From Kiritimatiella glycovorans (GTDB lineage: Bacteria; Verrucomicrobiota; Kiritimatiellia; Kiritimatiellales; Kiritimatiellaceae), in contig NZ_CP010904.1 of the NCBI RefSeq assembly GCF_001017655.1, positions 1,650,001 to 1,682,000 on the forward strand: DNA of 32,000 nucleotides. The letters run 5' to 3'. Positions 17,927-28,062 of this stretch are shown piece by piece. Numbering within the stretch: position 1 is the first letter of the stretch; every line of letters starts with the position of its first letter. A program made the translations under genes and the position numbers. The notes under the pieces were generated by a model. It was not told the origin of the DNA, searched no databases, and saw nothing but the letters and a program-made list of their open reading frames with translations.

Positions 17927-18214
17927 TTACCCGATGATGGCGAGAATGTCGTCCTCGCGCAGAATCTGGTAGGTCTTGTCTTCGACTTTGACTTCCGTCC
18001 CGCCGTATTTCGGCATCAGGACTTTGTCCCCCTTCTTCACATTGAAGGGAACCTTCTTGCCTTCGTCGTCGATCTTCCCGGTGCCGACGGCGATGACCTT
18101 GCCTTCCTGAGGCTTTTCCTTGGCGGTGTCCGGAATAATGATACCGCCCTTTTTCTCTTCTTTCGCCTGGACCGGTTCCACGAGTACCCGGTCACCCAAC
18201 GGTTTGATGTTCAT
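17927..18214 (-). CDS. groES: Co-chaperonin GroES
   Basis: [14 protein letters not shown]...[22 protein letters not shown]. Confidence 0.98.
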   Translation of the reverse strand: MNIKPLGDRVLVEPVQAKEEKKGGIIIPDTAKEKPQEGKVIAVGTGKIDDEGKKVPFNVKKGDKVLMPKYGGTEVKVEDKTYQILREDDILAIIG

Positions 18215-18296
18215 TGCCCTCTCCTTGTTCTTTGTTCTCTTGCCTTAAACGCGGGCGATCCCCCTCGTACACTCCCCCGTCCCGCGTTCCGGCAAA

Positions 18297-20276
18297 TTAC
18301 GACGATTTATTCGAATCGTCCTTCATCTCGAAGTCGGCATCGATCACGTCTTCGTCCGAGCCTCCTCCGCTCCGGTCTTGCGACCCTTCCGCGCCGCCCT
18401 GCGACGCGTCCCCGGCGCCCTCGGCCCCGGATGCCTGCTGCTGTTGCTGCTGCGCCTGCTGATAGAGGTCCTGCGAGACGGCCTGCATGATCCGGTTGAC
18501 GTTATCCACGCCGGACCGCATACCGTCCTGATCCTCGTTCTTCAGCGCCTCGCGCAGCGGCTCCAGCGCCTGCTGAAGCTCCTGCTTCTTGTCGTCCGGA
18601 ATCTTGTCCCCGTTCTCCTCGAGGAACTTCTCGGTCTGGAAGACGGTGGCGTCGGCCTGGTTGTGCAGTTCGACCTGTTCGCGCTTCTTCTCGTCTTCCT
18701 CCGCATGCGCCTCGGCATCGTTGACCATCTGATTGATCTCCTCCTGGGAGAGCCCGCTGGAGGCGGTGATGGTGATCTTCTGTTCCTTGCCGGTGCCCAG
18801 ATCCTTGGCGCTCACGTTGAGAATGCCGTTGGCATCGATATCGAAGGTCACCTCGACCTGCGGTACTCCGCGCGGCGCGGGCGGAATGCCGTCGAGCCGG
18901 AAGCGGCCGATGCTCTTGTTGTCGCCGGCCATCTTGCGCTCGCCCTGCAGCACGTGGATATCCACCTGCGTCTGGTTGTCGGCGGCGGTGCTGAAGATCT
19001 CGCTCTTGCGCGTCGGGATGGTGGTATTGCGCTCGATGAGCGGCGTGAACACCCCGCCGAGCGTCTCGATGCCGAGCGTCAGCGGCGTCACGTCGAGCAG
19101 GAGCACGTCCTTGACCTCGCCCTTGAGCACCCCGCCCTGGATGGCGGCGCCGACCGAGACCACCTCGTCCGGATTCACGCCCTTGTGCGGGTCGCGGCCG
19201 AACATGTCCTTCACGATCTGCTGAATGCGCGGCATGCGGGTCGATCCGCCCACCAGGATGACCTCCCGGATTTCGGCGGTGTCGATGCTCGCGTCCTTCA
19301 GACACTGGCGCACCGGCGTCTCCGCACGCGAGATCTCCTGGTCGACGAGCTGCTCGAGCTTTGACCGCGTGAGCGAGAGATTGAGGTGCTTCGGCCCGCT
19401 CTGATCCGCCGTGATGAACGGCAGGTTGATGTCCGTGGACTGCGAACTCGACAGTTCACACTTGGCTTTTTCCGAAGCCTCTTTCAGGCGCTGCAGCGCC
19501 ATCGCGTCCCTGCCGAGATCGATGCCCTGCTCCCGCTTGAATTCCTCGACCATCCAGTCGATCACCCGCTGGTCGAAATCGTCGCCGCCGAGATGCCCGT
19601 CGCCGTTGGTGGCCGCCACTTCGAATACGCCGTCCCCGATGTCGAGGATGGAAATGTCGAACGTCCCGCCCCCGAGGTCGTAGACCGCGATCTTCTCGTC
19701 GCTCTTCTTGTCCAGTCCGTACGCGAGCGAGGCCGCCGTCGGCTCGTTGATGATCCGCAGCACCTCGAGACCGGCGATCTTTCCGGCGTCCTTGGTGGCC
19801 TGACGCTGACTGTCGTTGAAATAAGCGGGAACCGTAATGACCGCCTGGCTGATCGACTCTCCGAGATAGGCCTCGGCGTCCATCTTGAGCTTCTGCAGAA
19901 TCATTGCCGAAATCTCCGGCGGCGCATACGTCTTGTCGCCGATCTTCACGTTCGCGTCGCCGTTCTTCGCCTCGACCACCTCGTAAGGCACCAGCTCGAT
20001 CTCGTGTTTGACCTCGCTGAATTTACGGCCCATGAAGCGCTTGATCGAGAACACCGTGTTATTCGGATTGGTGACCGCCTGCCGCTTGGCCGCCTGCCCG
20101 ACCAGCCGCTCGCCGTCCTTGGTGAAGGCCACGATCGAAGGCGTAGTGCGACCCCCCTCCGCATTCGGAATCACCGTGGCCTCTCCACCCTCCATTACCG
20201 CCATACACGAGTTCGTCGTCCCGAGGTCAATCCCCAGAACCTTGCCCGCCTGTTGCTTCTTTTTTTCGTCCGCCAT
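18297..20276 (-). CDS. dnaK: Molecular chaperone DnaK (Hsp70)
   Basis: [23 protein letters not shown] and [11 protein letters not shown] prefer the ATG at 20276 (MADEKKK...). The track ORF starts at 20315. Confidence 0.98.
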   Translation of the reverse strand: MADEKKKQQAGKVLGIDLGTTNSCMAVMEGGEATVIPNAEGGRTTPSIVAFTKDGERLVGQAAKRQAVTNPNNTVFSIKRFMGRKFSEVKHEIELVPYEVVEAKNGDANVKIGDKTYAPPEISAMILQKLKMDAEAYLGESISQAVITVPAYFNDSQRQATKDAGKIAGLEVLRIINEPTAASLAYGLDKKSDEKIAVYDLGGGTFDISILDIGDGVFEVAATNGDGHLGGDDFDQRVIDWMVEEFKREQGIDLGRDAMALQRLKEASEKAKCELSSSQSTDINLPFITADQSGPKHLNLSLTRSKLEQLVDQEISRAETPVRQCLKDASIDTAEIREVILVGGSTRMPRIQQIVKDMFGRDPHKGVNPDEVVSVGAAIQGGVLKGEVKDVLLLDVTPLTLGIETLGGVFTPLIERNTTIPTRKSEIFSTAADNQTQVDIHVLQGERKMAGDNKSIGRFRLDGIPPAPRGVPQVEVTFDIDANGILNVSAKDLGTGKEQKITITASSGLSQEEINQMVNDAEAHAEEDEKKREQVELHNQADATVFQTEKFLEENGDKIPDDKKQELQQALEPLREALKNEDQDGMRSGVDNVNRIMQAVSQDLYQQAQQQQQQASGAEGAGDASQGGAEGSQDRSGGGSDEDVIDADFEMKDDSNKSS

Positions 20277-20521
20277 GGAAATAACTCTCCGGTTCAAAAT
20301 TCTTCTTACCGCCATGTTCGCGCCACAAAGTAAGCAACCCCCATGCCATCGAAGGATAATCCCAGGGATACATGTTTTTCTAATTGCTTATTATCAGTAT
20401 CTTACGCTATTTTGTATTTTTAGTTCTCCCTTTCCTAACGCGTTCAATCGCCCCGTGATCCGAGCGCAAATGGCGCACCCGTACCGCGGGCTGTGTCAGT
20501 TTGTCCCTTCATGTCGGCTGA

Positions 20522-20594
20522 CCTCTCCCGGACCGCGGGACAGGGATTAACCATGAAGAGCATGAAGGTTGGTTGAGAGGGGGGATGAACATAA
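20522..20594 (+). repeat. CATGAAGGN 9-mer array module, copy B-left
   Basis: CATGAAG at 20552 and 20561 gives a period of 9. The flanks are CCTCTCCC...GAGAGGGG, and the module ends in GGATGAACATAA. Confidence 0.7.
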
Positions 20595-20730
20595 TTCGTA
20601 TGCGTACTCGTACTCTTACTCGTACTCGTACTCGGAGCGCCGCAGGCGCGATCCTTTTTACAATCCAGGATCTCGAGTACGAGTACCGCTTCGCTGAGTA
20701 CGAGTAAGCGTAAGAGTACGACACTCTCCC
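20595..20730 (-). repeat. Hexamer-armed hairpin element, copy B (long form, inverted relative to A and C)
   Basis: The left arm is a (CGTACT)n-like array, the core is CTCGGAGCGCCGCAGGCGCGATCCTTTTTACAATCCAGGAT, and the right arm is CTCGAGTACGAGTAC CGCTTCGCT GAGTACGAGTAAG.... 20609-20712 is the reverse complement of 21232-21341 (99/104 plus one 6-nt indel). Confidence 0.8.
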
Positions 20731-20776
20731 TGTGGAACTCAGGAAATATGGGGGATGTCCTGATCTGCCGCTCTTC

Positions 20777-20805
20777 TTGACACCGTCAACCGCCGGTGAT
20801 TATTC
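20777..20805 (+). promoter_or_regulatory. Sigma70-like promoter of the PUR-like gene (TTGACA-N17-TTATTC, with TG just upstream of the -10)
   Basis: A perfect -35 hexamer at 20777-20782 and a -10-like hexamer at 20800-20805 (or TATTCT at 20801-20806). It lies about 40 nt upstream of the ATG at 20847. Confidence 0.4.
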
Positions 20806-20846
20806 TTACGGGCAGAGAGAGAATGGTTTACGGGAGGGGGCGTCGC

Positions 20847-21077
20847 ATGGAACAGACGTTGATGAGTGAGCATCTTCAGGTTGAACGGAAACAGTTTTTC
20901 CTCGACCTCAAGGAGAATCAGAGGGGGAGTTTCCTCCGGATCACGGAAGATGTGAAGGGTCGTCGCGACACGATCATCATTCCGGCCAGCGGTCTGCCAC
21001 TTCTGCGCGACGCGCTGGATAAAATGGTCCGCGAAAAGGGACCGTTTGGAAATCCCGAGGCGGCCGAACCCGCCTGA
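20847..21077 (+). CDS. Single-repeat PUR-alpha-like nucleic-acid-binding protein (76 aa)
   Basis: LQVERKQFFLDLKENQRGSFLRITEDVKGRRDTIIIPASGLPLLRDAL fits the PUR repeat pattern as I remember it (xQxxxKRFYLDVKQNxRGRFLKIAE...FRDxL). ATG at 20847 has GGGAGGGGG 6-7 nt upstream. The track ORF starts at a GTG at 20796. Confidence 0.7.
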   Translation: MEQTLMSEHLQVERKQFFLDLKENQRGSFLRITEDVKGRRDTIIIPASGLPLLRDALDKMVREKGPFGNPEAAEPA

Positions 21078-21150
21078 TCCCGGCCATACGGCCCGATCGA
21101 TCCCGCGATCTCGGAACGACTGAACCCCGCCCGCATTTGTGTAATCCCCC

Positions 21151-21168
21151 CCGTCTGTTCCGTCTGTT
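21151..21168 (+). repeat. Perfect tandem 9-mer CCGTCTGTT x2
   Basis: Read directly from the sequence. It lies just upstream of hairpin element C. Confidence 0.6.
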
Positions 21169-21227
21169 CAGCCCGCTGCGGAACTACTGAAATCGTAGCG
21201 GCTGGATTAGAAATCCGCTCGCGTCAC

Positions 21228-21353
21228 AACGTACGCGTACTCGTACTCAGCGAAGCGGTACTCGTACTCGAGTTCCCGGGTTGTAAAAAGGATCGCGCCT
21301 TCGGCGCTCCGAGTTCGCGTACGAGTACGAGTAAGAGTACGATATTCCCCCGT
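21228..21353 (+). repeat. Hexamer-armed hairpin element, copy C (long form)
   Basis: GTACGCGTACTCGTACTC AGCGAAGCG GTACTCGTACTCGAG, then the core TTCCCGGGTTGTAAAAAGGATCGCGCCTTCGGCG, then CTCCGAGTTCGCGTACGAGTACGAGTAAGAGTACGA. Confidence 0.8.
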
Positions 21354-21418
21354 GTCCCAATGTTGAACTCAGGAACGCAGGGTTTGCTTCAGTCGCCCTA
21401 CCCTCTTATAAAGGCGGG

Positions 21419-22345
21419 ATGGCACGTACCCTCAAAGATCTCGGCGAACGGGAAGCCATCCGCCGCCTGACCGCCCATCTACCCGCTGCGGCGGAACTGG
21501 TGACCGGACCGGGCGACGATGCGGCGGTGGCCCGGGGCGATGAAAGCTCCGACTGGGTCTTCACGACCGATCCCCTCATAGAAGACCGTCATTTCGCATC
21601 GGACACCCCGCCGGCGTCGATCGGACACAAGGCGGCGGGACGCGCCCTGAGCGATCTCGCGGCGATGGGCGCGGATCCGAAATATATTTTCGTCAATACG
21701 GTGGCGCCGGCCGACGTGCCGATTGAAACGCTCGAGGCCGTGTGCCGCGGGATCACCGATCTCGCCCGCACCCACGGCGCGGTGCTCGCGGGGGGCGATC
21801 TGGCGGAGGGCGACGCGCTCGCGCTGCACGTCTTCGCCGTCGGAACCCTGCCCCGCGGCAGCGCAGTACTGAGGAGCGGGGCCCGGCCCGGCGACCGCAT
21901 CGCCGTGACCGGCCCGCTCGGCGGAAGCTTCGCCTCCGGCCGACACCTGAATTTCACGCCCCGGGTCGACGAAGGCCGCTTTCTCCGCGAAAGCGGCCTG
22001 GCCCATGCCATGATCGATCTCAGTGACGGACTCGGCACGGATCTGCGCCATATCGCCGCGGCGAGCGGAACCGGCGCGACTCTCTTTTCAGAGCGTGTAC
22101 CCCTGCACGCCGGCGTCGATCTCAACGCGGCGCTCTTCGAAGGCGAAGACTACGAGCTGCTGTTCTGCTGCCCCGCCGAAGCACTCGAAGAAATCCGCGT
22201 CGGCTGGCCCGGGGAATCCGCCCCCGTGGAGATCGGCGTGATTACGGAAGAGAGAACCCTGTCGCTCGTCGATGCGTCGGGCGCCCGGGCGCCCCTCGAA
22301 GACCGGGCATGGGAACACTTCAGACCGGAAGGACCCCGGCCATGA
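21419..22345 (+). CDS. thiL: Thiamine-monophosphate kinase
   Basis: [45 protein letters not shown] and LAGGDL. Confidence 0.9.
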   Translation: MARTLKDLGEREAIRRLTAHLPAAAELVTGPGDDAAVARGDESSDWVFTTDPLIEDRHFASDTPPASIGHKAAGRALSDLAAMGADPKYIFVNTVAPADVPIETLEAVCRGITDLARTHGAVLAGGDLAEGDALALHVFAVGTLPRGSAVLRSGARPGDRIAVTGPLGGSFASGRHLNFTPRVDEGRFLRESGLAHAMIDLSDGLGTDLRHIAAASGTGATLFSERVPLHAGVDLNAALFEGEDYELLFCCPAEALEEIRVGWPGESAPVEIGVITEERTLSLVDASGARAPLEDRAWEHFRPEGPRP

Positions 22346-23637
22346 ACCGAACCCGATTCAAGAGCGACGACCGGGACGACCCGCGGGCCGTAGCGGCCGG
22401 AATCATTACCGAATGGCTCGCGGAGCCGGACCATTTTCCGGAACGAAGCCTGTCCCGTGTGAAGCGGAACCGCGCTTTTGTCACCGAACTGGTCTACGGC
22501 GTCGTCCGACGCCTGCTCACCCTGGAGTGGATCGAAAACCAGTTCATGAGCCATTCGCCGCCCCGCCCCGTGCAGGCCATCCTCCACATCGGCGTCTACC
22601 AGTTGATTTTCATGGACGACGTGGAAGAGTACGCGGCGGTGCACGAATCCGTCGGACTCGCCGAGGAGGGCTGGCGGGGACTCATCAACGCCGTCCTGCG
22701 CCGGGTTCAGCGGGAACGCACCTTCGTACTGCGTCGGCTGTCGCGCGCGGAACTGACGGCGCGCTATTCTTTTCCGGACGAACTGGTGCGCCGGTGGACG
22801 CGCCACTACGGGGAGACAGATACCGCCCGGCTCTGCGAGTGGCACAACGAGCCGCCGCAGACATGCGTCCGGCCCGACCCGCGCCGCATCGATGCGCCGG
22901 CCTTCGAGGCGCGGTGCCGGGAGGCGGGCATCGAACTCGTCCCGCACCCCTTCCGTGCGCGGGACCGATGCTTCGTCCTTCCCCGCGGCGTGGCCGTCCC
23001 CGACGTGCCCGGCTACAGAGAGGGCCTCTTCACCATCCAGGATCCCTCCACCCTCACGGCGGTGGATCTGCTCGATCCGCAGCCCGGCGAAACGGTGCTG
23101 GACGCCTGCGCGGCGCCGGGCGGAAAACTGCAGGTGATGGCCGCGCGGATGAACGGCGAGGGACGGCTGGTGGCCATGGAGAAACACGCGGACCGCGTCG
23201 ACCGTCTCCGCGAGAATCTCGAGCGGACCCGGGACGGCTGGGTCGAACTGCGCATCGCCGACGCCACAGAGCCGCCGTCGCCCGAAGAGCAGGAGACGTT
23301 TGACGCCATCCTGCTCGATGTGCCCTGCACCAACACCGGCGTACTCCGCCGCCGCGCGGACGCGCGCTGGCGCTTCTCGCCCGCGCGCCTCAAGAAGCTC
23401 AACCGCCTCCAGACCGCGCTGCTCGACGCCGCCCTGCCCCGGCTCCGTCCGGGGGGGCGCCTGGTCTACAGCACCTGCAGCCTGGAAGAGGAGGAAAACG
23501 AGAAACTGCTGCGGGGATGGGTCAGCGGACATCCCGATGCGCATTTCGCCAAAGCGCGCAAGAACTTCCCGCCGCGCTCGCACAGCGACGGATCGTATGC
23601 GGCGCTCGTCCGGAAAATCCCGCGCGAAGACTCCTGA
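22342..23637 (+). CDS. rsmB: 16S rRNA (cytosine-C5)-methyltransferase, RsmB/Sun type (NusB-like N-domain)
   Basis: [30 protein letters not shown] and [17 protein letters not shown]. The ATG at 22342 overlaps the thiL stop (ATGA). Confidence 0.85.
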   Translation: MNRTRFKSDDRDDPRAVAAGIITEWLAEPDHFPERSLSRVKRNRAFVTELVYGVVRRLLTLEWIENQFMSHSPPRPVQAILHIGVYQLIFMDDVEEYAAVHESVGLAEEGWRGLINAVLRRVQRERTFVLRRLSRAELTARYSFPDELVRRWTRHYGETDTARLCEWHNEPPQTCVRPDPRRIDAPAFEARCREAGIELVPHPFRARDRCFVLPRGVAVPDVPGYREGLFTIQDPSTLTAVDLLDPQPGETVLDACAAPGGKLQVMAARMNGEGRLVAMEKHADRVDRLRENLERTRDGWVELRIADATEPPSPEEQETFDAILLDVPCTNTGVLRRRADARWRFSPARLKKLNRLQTALLDAALPRLRPGGRLVYSTCSLEEEENEKLLRGWVSGHPDAHFAKARKNFPPRSHSDGSYAALVRKIPREDS

Positions 23638-23659
23638 GGGGCCGGGGTGCGCGCCCCTC
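23636..23659 (+). terminator. Possible GC hairpin at the rsmB 3' end (no U-tract)
   Basis: GAGGGGC, a 10-nt loop, then GCCCCTC. It overlaps the rsmB stop codon. Confidence 0.25.
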
Positions 23660-23957
23660 CTCCTGACTTCAACATTGCCCGAAAACGCGCTCGCCCCCCT
23701 GTGAACATTGAAGTGAGCTTTGAATCAGGGTGTCCCGGCGGGAAAAATTGGATCCACAGGATTCTTAAACAGCGGACGGCCCGGAGGTCCGTCCCTACCT
23801 TCACGCACGGGTTCGGCCTGCGTCTCCTGTACTCGCTTTTGACAACGGCGCGGTCGGATCAGGCAACGATTCCGGGTTTCACAAGGGCACCCCGGCAGAC
23901 ACAATACGGGACATAAGGAGCAGGAACCGGACCGAACCGCGGAAAGGCGACGCCGGC

Positions 23958-25799
23958 ATGCAATTGGGCACCATAGACTGGATTATCATTCTGGGCTTCT
24001 TCGCGCTCGCGCTGATCATCGGGGCGGTGGTATCGAAGCGGGCCGGGCGCAGCTCGTCCGACTTCTTCGTCTCGGGACGCAACATGCCCTGGTGGCTGCT
24101 GGGATTTTCGATGGTGGCCACGACCTTTTCTACGGATACGCCCAACCTCGTCACGGACATCGTACGCAAGACCGGGGTCGCGGGCAACTGGGTCTGGTGG
24201 GCCTTTCTGCTTACCGGCATGCTTACGGTTTTCGTCTACGCCCGCCTCTGGCGCCGTTCAAAGGTCATGACCGACATCGAGTTCTACGAACTGCGCTACA
24301 GCGGGAGGCTGGCCGCGTTCCTGCGCGGATTCCGGGCGCTCTATCTCGGCGTCTTCTTCAACATCATGATCATGGCCACCGTCTCGCTGGCCGCGATCAA
24401 GCTGGGCGGTATCATGCTCGGTCTCCAACCCTGGGAATCGATCCTGTACGCCTCGATCGTGACCGTTCTCTTTTCGAGCATGGGCGGACTGACCGGCGTC
24501 CTCCTCACGGACTTCGTGCTCTTCATCATCGCCATGACCGGCGCGGTCGCCGCGGCGGGCGTGGCCGTGCAGCATGCTGATGTCCAGGGCCTTCAGGGCC
24601 TCTTCAGTCATCCCGCCGTCGCGGGCAAGCTGAATCTCGTGCCCCATCTCGAGCGCGCGGCGGACGGCGGCTTCTCGCCGGAGAGCGTCAATCTGCTCGT
24701 ATCGGTCATGATCATTCCTCTCGCCGTGCAGTGGTGGAGCGTCTGGTATCCCGGCGCCGAGCCCGGAGGAGGAGGCTATCTCGCCCAGCGCATGCTGGCT
24801 GCAAAGGACGAACGGCACGCCACAGGCGCAGTCTTCTTCTTTAATATCGCCCACTACGCCCTGCGGCCGTGGCCGTGGATTATCGTCGGCCTCGCCTCCC
24901 TGGTCGTCTTTCCCGATCTGGCGTCGATCCGGGAGGCCTTCCCGCAGGTCGATCCTTCCGTGGTGGAAGACGATCTCGCCTATCCGGCCATGCTCACCTT
25001 TCTTCCGCGGGGGCTGCTGGGCCTCGTGCTGGCCTCGCTTGTCGCGGCGTACATGTCCACGATCTCTACCCACCTGAACTGGGGTTCCTCGTATGTGGTC
25101 AACGATTTCTACCGCCGTTTCCTGCGACCGCAGGCCTCCGAGCGCGAGCTGGTGCGCGTGGGACGCCTCTCCACGGTCCTGATGATGCTGGCGGCCGGCC
25201 TCATCGCGCTGGAACTGCGCAATGCGCTACAGGCCTTCCATATCCTCCTCCAGATCGGCGCCGGGACGGGACTGATCTTTATCCTGCGCTGGTTCTGGTG
25301 GCGGGTGAACGCACTCAGTGAGATGGTGGCGATGGCGGTCTCGTTTCTGATCGCGTGCTATTTTCAGTTCGTTCACGCGCATCTCTTCCCGGCCGTGCCG
25401 CTCGAAGACTGGCAGCGCCTCCTCATCGGGGTCACCGTCACCACCGCCTGCTGGCTCACGGCGGCATGGCTGGGGCGGCCCGCGGACCGCGCCACGCTGC
25501 GGAGATTCTGCGCCAGGGTTAACGCCGGCGGTCCGGGATGGAAGACCATCTACGCAGAGGCGGAGCGCGAGGGCGATCCTATCCGGGCACAACACGCCGC
25601 GGTGCACCTGCCCTCCAGCATACTCTGCATGCTCTTCGGCACATTCGCGGTCTACGCAGCCCTGTTCGCGGCCGGACTCTGGATGTACGGCGAGGCCGTT
25701 TCCGCTTTTCTGATGACGGTCCTCTTTCTCGGTTCGGCCGCCGGACTCGGTACCGCGTGGAAGCGGAAATCCACAGCGGAACAGGGGGCTTCGTCATGA
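23958..25799 (+). CDS. Sodium:solute symporter (SSS/SLC5) family transporter
   Basis: About 13 hydrophobic segments. The N-terminal region SDFFVSGRNMPWWLLGFSMVATTFSTDTP and GGGYLAQRMLAAKDE are typical of SSS permeases. Confidence 0.88.
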   Translation: MQLGTIDWIIILGFFALALIIGAVVSKRAGRSSSDFFVSGRNMPWWLLGFSMVATTFSTDTPNLVTDIVRKTGVAGNWVWWAFLLTGMLTVFVYARLWRRSKVMTDIEFYELRYSGRLAAFLRGFRALYLGVFFNIMIMATVSLAAIKLGGIMLGLQPWESILYASIVTVLFSSMGGLTGVLLTDFVLFIIAMTGAVAAAGVAVQHADVQGLQGLFSHPAVAGKLNLVPHLERAADGGFSPESVNLLVSVMIIPLAVQWWSVWYPGAEPGGGGYLAQRMLAAKDERHATGAVFFFNIAHYALRPWPWIIVGLASLVVFPDLASIREAFPQVDPSVVEDDLAYPAMLTFLPRGLLGLVLASLVAAYMSTISTHLNWGSSYVVNDFYRRFLRPQASERELVRVGRLSTVLMMLAAGLIALELRNALQAFHILLQIGAGTGLIFILRWFWWRVNALSEMVAMAVSFLIACYFQFVHAHLFPAVPLEDWQRLLIGVTVTTACWLTAAWLGRPADRATLRRFCARVNAGGPGWKTIYAEAEREGDPIRAQHAAVHLPSSILCMLFGTFAVYAALFAAGLWMYGEAVSAFLMTVLFLGSAAGLGTAWKRKSTAEQGASS

Positions 25800-27208
25800 G
25801 CGGCCGAAGTAGGCAGCAGCCCGCCATTTCCCCGCCACTGGATCCGGGGTTCCGGCCGCTTTCACTGGCGATCGCCGCAGCCGGACCCGAGGCCGGAGAG
25901 AACCGCCGCCGATGCGTGCGGTTCGCATTTCTCCGTCGAGACGGACGCTGCTTCCACTGGAACGACCGCGTGCCGGCGGGCGACGACCACGAAACCGCGC
26001 TCCACCGGCTTGAGCGCACCTTCAAGTTTCTGCTGTGGCAGAAGGGCGCGCCCGAAATCCACGTGAGCGGATCGGCGGCGCTGGCGGATCATCTCGGCCG
26101 ACTGTACTCGCAAAACGGAGCGCGCCGGTTCGATGCGGAGATGATGGGTCCCACGATCTATGGTACGCCCTTCAGCATCCACCCGTGCGACGAAAAGGAT
26201 CTTCCCCGCGCCAATCAGATCACGTCACGCACGGGCGGACACTTCGACGGCTGCCGCGTCGGATTCGACCTGGGAGGCAGCGACCGCAAATGCGCGGCGG
26301 TGAGGGACGGACAGGTCGTCCACACGGAAGAAGTGCCGTGGGACCCGTATTTCAACGACGACCCGGGCTACCACATAGAGGGCATCCGTGATTCGATCCG
26401 TCGGGCGGCGGCACACCTGCCCCGCGTCGACGCCATCGGCGGGAGCGCGGCGGGCATCTATGTCGCCAACGAACCGCGTCTTGCTTCCCTGTTCCGCGGG
26501 ATCGGATCCGACGATTTCGAGCGACACATCCGGCCCCTGTTCCACAACCTTCAGCGCGAATGGGGCCACGTTCCGTTCGAGGTGATCAACGACGGCGACG
26601 TGACGGCGCTCTCGGCCGCTTCCACGCTCGGCATCCACGCCGTCCTCGGCCTCGCGATGGGCACCAGCCTCGCGGCGGGGTATTGCGATGCCGAAGGCCA
26701 CGTCACGAGCTGGCTGAACGAACTCGCCTTCGCCCCGCTCGACCTGCGCGCGGACGGGCCGGTTGATGAGTGGTCAAACGATGCGGGCTGCGGTGTGCAG
26801 TTTCTCTCTCAGCAGGCCGCAGCGCGGCTTGCGCTCGCGGCGGGTTTCGAGCACGCATCGGATACGCCCGCCGCCGAACTTCTCAGCGCGCTGCAGGATG
26901 CGACCGAAAAGCAGGACGCCCGTGCTGAGGCGGTCTTCGAGTCGATGGGGGTCTACCTCGGCTACGCCCTCCCGCTCTACGCGGAATTCTACCCGATCCG
27001 TCACGTCCTGCTGCTCGGGCGCGTGATGAGCGGCCGGGCCGGAACCCTGATTCTCCGCAGGGCACGCGAGGTGCTGGAGAACGAATTCCCCGCGCGGGCC
27101 GAACGTTTGACCCTTCACCTGCCCGATGAGAGGATGAAGCGCCACGGGCAGGCGATCGCGGCGGCCGGGCTGCCGCAGACCGGACCGCGGGACCAAGGGA
27201 GGGCATGA
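25796..27208 (+). CDS. ROK-like / ASKHA-fold sugar kinase with about 150-aa N-terminal extension
   Basis: VGFDLGGSDRKCAAV (phosphate-1), VINDGDVTALSAAS and LGLAMGTSLAAGY. I see no CxCGxxGC zinc motif. The ATG at 25796 overlaps the transporter stop (ATGA). Confidence 0.65.
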   Translation: MSGRSRQQPAISPPLDPGFRPLSLAIAAAGPEAGENRRRCVRFAFLRRDGRCFHWNDRVPAGDDHETALHRLERTFKFLLWQKGAPEIHVSGSAALADHLGRLYSQNGARRFDAEMMGPTIYGTPFSIHPCDEKDLPRANQITSRTGGHFDGCRVGFDLGGSDRKCAAVRDGQVVHTEEVPWDPYFNDDPGYHIEGIRDSIRRAAAHLPRVDAIGGSAAGIYVANEPRLASLFRGIGSDDFERHIRPLFHNLQREWGHVPFEVINDGDVTALSAASTLGIHAVLGLAMGTSLAAGYCDAEGHVTSWLNELAFAPLDLRADGPVDEWSNDAGCGVQFLSQQAAARLALAAGFEHASDTPAAELLSALQDATEKQDARAEAVFESMGVYLGYALPLYAEFYPIRHVLLLGRVMSGRAGTLILRRAREVLENEFPARAERLTLHLPDERMKRHGQAIAAAGLPQTGPRDQGRA

Positions 27209-28062
27209 TGATTTCCTTCACGAAAAGCGGAGCTTCATTCGTCGTCCCGGACGGCGCGGAACAGGCCCTGGAGAGAACCACCCACCTGGGAGTAGGCGCG
27301 CACCAGGACGACCTGGAGTTCATGGCGCTGCACGGCATCCTCGCATGCTACGGCCGCACAGACCGCTGGTTCGGAGGGGTCGTCTGCACCGACGGGGCCG
27401 GAAGCCCGGAGAGCGGACCTTACGCCGGCGCATCCGGGGATGTGCTCCGCGAGATGCGACGCCGGGAACAGATCGCGGCGGCCCATACCGGGCAATACGG
27501 GTTCATTGCACAGCTCGGTTTCCGCAGCGACGACCTCAAAGACCCCTCCTGCGGTGAACCCGGGCGCGATCTGCGCGAACTGCTGCGGGCGACGCGCCCG
27601 GAAGTGGTCTACACGCACAATCCCGCCGACCGTCACGCGACGCACGCCGCCGTGTTCACCGCCCTGCTCTCCGCCCTGCGCGATCTCCCGGAGGATGCTC
27701 TTCCGGAAAAGGTGTACGGCTGTGAGGTCTGGCGCGACCTCGACTGGCTTCCGGAGGCCTCTAAGGTCGTGCTGGACGTATCCGCGCGGCCACACCTGGC
27801 CGCCGCGCTCAACGGCGTTTACGATTCGCAGATCGCCGGCGGCAAGCGCTACGATCGCGCCGTCGAAGGCCGCAGGCTGGCGCAGGCCACCTTTCTGGAA
27901 TCGCACGAGGTGGACCGGATCGAACGGGCCACTCTGGCGATGGATCTCATGCCGCTCGTGCGTGATCGCGCGCTCAATCCGCGCGACTACGTGGCCGGCC
28001 TGATCGACGCTTTCCGGGAAGAGACGCTGATGTTGCTCGACCGGATGAAACGATCCCGCTGA
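27205..28062 (+). CDS. PIG-L/LmbE family (zinc) N-acetylglucosaminyl deacetylase
   Basis: GAHQDDLEF (the AHPDD-type motif), RREQIAAAHTG and THNPADRHATHAAV (the HxDH-type motif). The ATG overlaps the upstream stop (ATGA). Confidence 0.78.
   Translation: MMISFTKSGASFVVPDGAEQALERTTHLGVGAHQDDLEFMALHGILACYGRTDRWFGGVVCTDGAGSPESGPYAGASGDVLREMRRREQIAAAHTGQYGFIAQLGFRSDDLKDPSCGEPGRDLRELLRATRPEVVYTHNPADRHATHAAVFTALLSALRDLPEDALPEKVYGCEVWRDLDWLPEASKVVLDVSARPHLAAALNGVYDSQIAGGKRYDRAVEGRRLAQATFLESHEVDRIERATLAMDLMPLVRDRALNPRDYVAGLIDAFREETLMLLDRMKRSR

Noticed and set aside
18215-18296. CIRCE/HrcA operator upstream of groES (also searched 20277-20560 upstream of dnaK)
   Set aside because: No TTAGCACTC or GAGTGCTAA half-sites are visible in either region.
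20509-20724. Small ORFs with repeat peptides ([18 protein letters not shown]; also HEGHESHEG at 1144-1359)
   Set aside because: They are translations of the 6-nt and 9-nt tandem arrays. There is no Shine-Dalgarno sequence, and the reading frames are not conserved between copies.
21180-21193. 14-nt exact match GGAACTACTGAAAT at 21180-21193 and 28858-28871
   Set aside because: It might be another repeat module, since both copies are intergenic and AT-rich for this genome. A 14-mer is within chance expectation, and downstream similarity is weak. This is not enough to call a family.
20595-21353. Could the short tandem repeats be a CRISPR array?
   Set aside because: The periods are 6 and 9 nt with no unique spacers, the arrays are inverted to form hairpins, and no cas genes are present.
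20731-21372. GAACTCAGGAA motif directly after both hairpin elements B and C as an ECF-type -35
   Set aside because: The shared 11-mer (20735-20745 and 21365-21375) is real. No consistent -10 partner follows at the right spacing in either case. It is more likely part of the element terminus.
22150-23583. 477-aa minus-strand ORF
   Set aside because: It is antisense to rsmB and thiL, which have clear catalytic motifs. It shows no recognisable domain and the same high-GC artefact composition.
23638-23957. Riboswitch or operator in the 320-nt leader of the amino-sugar operon
   Set aside because: It contains only short features: a 7-bp inverted repeat ACTTCAA/TTGAAGT, a GGACGG...CCGTCC hairpin, and a plausible TTCACA-N16-CACAAT promoter at 23878-23905. 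There is no recognisable glmS, TPP or other riboswitch core.
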